A stretch of 64,000 nt of DNA from Stegostoma tigrinum. Its lineage: Eukaryota. Where the stretch lies: assembly GCF_030684315.1 (NCBI RefSeq), contig NC_081392.1, positions 744,001-808,000 on the forward strand. The letters run 5' to 3'. The notes beneath the pieces were generated by a model. The model was not told the origin of the DNA. It saw only the letters and a program-made list of their open reading frames with translations, and did no database searches. This document shows, one piece after another, positions 62,986 to 64,000 of this stretch (positions within the stretch are counted from its first letter, which is position 1; each line of letters opens with the position of its first letter). Both the position numbers and the translations under genes were made by a program.

Positions 62986-64000
62986 TTAAACTAATGGAGG
63001 CATGGATAAAATGGATAATTGGATTTTTTTTTCCCCAGGGCAGAAATGCCAATTATTTCAGGCGTAGGTTTAAGGTAAAATGGGGTAAGTTTAAAGGAGA
63101 TGTGAAGAGCATTTTTTTTACATCGAGGGTGATAAGTGCACAAATTTGCAGCCAGATGAAGTGGCAGTGGCAGACACAATAGCAATGTTTAAGAGTCACC
63201 TCGTCAGATATATGAATTGGCATGGAATAGATGGATATGGAATGCGTTGACGCAAAAGGTTTTTAGTTTATAAAGGCATCGTGCCATGCAGACTTGGCGA
63301 ACTGAAGTGTCTTTTCCTGTGCTGTACAGTTCTTTGTTCTTTATTTATCAAAGACGGGCTTCAGTTGCCCAAATGTGTGCAGTATTTCATTTAAATCTAT
63401 TCTGAACTTTGATTTGGATGGGGCGCAATGCAGATTATTCAGAATGTCTTTAGTGTGTAAACTGAGAACAAAGGTTCCATTCACGTAGGTTCCCTTTGAA
63501 TATAAAAGATACAGGGTTGAGCTGATCGAGTTTTCCACCATTGGTATTGGCAAATAAAATTGAGAAGAAATCTATTTCCACTGGCGTGATGGAGGCCAAA
63601 ACAAAGGACAAAATAATTTTAAACGGAGTGGAACTTTATTTCCCAAAGGCTGCAGCGGCTAGTCAAATCGACCCTGAGTCGTATGTGTTCGTAGATCTTA
63701 GTGTTAAATATATGAGTGGATAGGGAACAATGGATTTAAAGTTGAAGAACATCCTGATTTCAAAGCAAGCTTTGTGTACAATATAGTCACTTCCCGCTCC
63801 ATTTCAACATCTTCAAAATTGAAAATCCAGTAACTCTAGACCGAGGATTGAGTGGCTTCCTCCTATTTATGTGAGACAGGCTCAATGTGGGGCTGTGGCC
63901 TCCTTCTTTCCACTATCTCGGAGCTAAGGGTCTGAAGGTCCTTCGCCTGTTCGTGTCTCACATGCCTGCTGGACTGAGTGGACTCCTCTTGATCCTCTTC

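Overview
Vertebrate, repeat-rich genomic DNA from a cartilaginous fish (shark-type HE1/SacSINE-like SINEs, CR1 LINEs and Penelope elements; carpet/bamboo-shark-like by inference). The window holds the 3' end of the T-cell receptor beta (TRB) locus. On the + strand: one D-beta (13048-13060) with 12/23 RSSs, six intact J-beta segments, two pseudo-J segments and a four-exon C-beta gene (23278-29896). About 25 kb further downstream is a single V-beta in inverted orientation (- strand, 54566-55329), the arrangement of mammalian TRBV30/mouse Trbv31. Candidate T-cell regulatory modules are visible: promoters around D-beta, two Runx/Ets/E-box/TCF clusters between C-beta and the inverted V (E-beta candidates), CRE motifs at the V promoter and CTCF-like sites. 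The rest is mobile DNA: CR1/L2/Rex1 LINEs, SINEs, retroviral integrase and LTR-retrotransposon remnants, and a Penelope element plus many short fold-back derivatives carrying minimal hammerhead-ribozyme motifs, some with 14-16 bp target-site duplications. Repeat boundaries are approximate. Regulatory calls come from motif inspection only.
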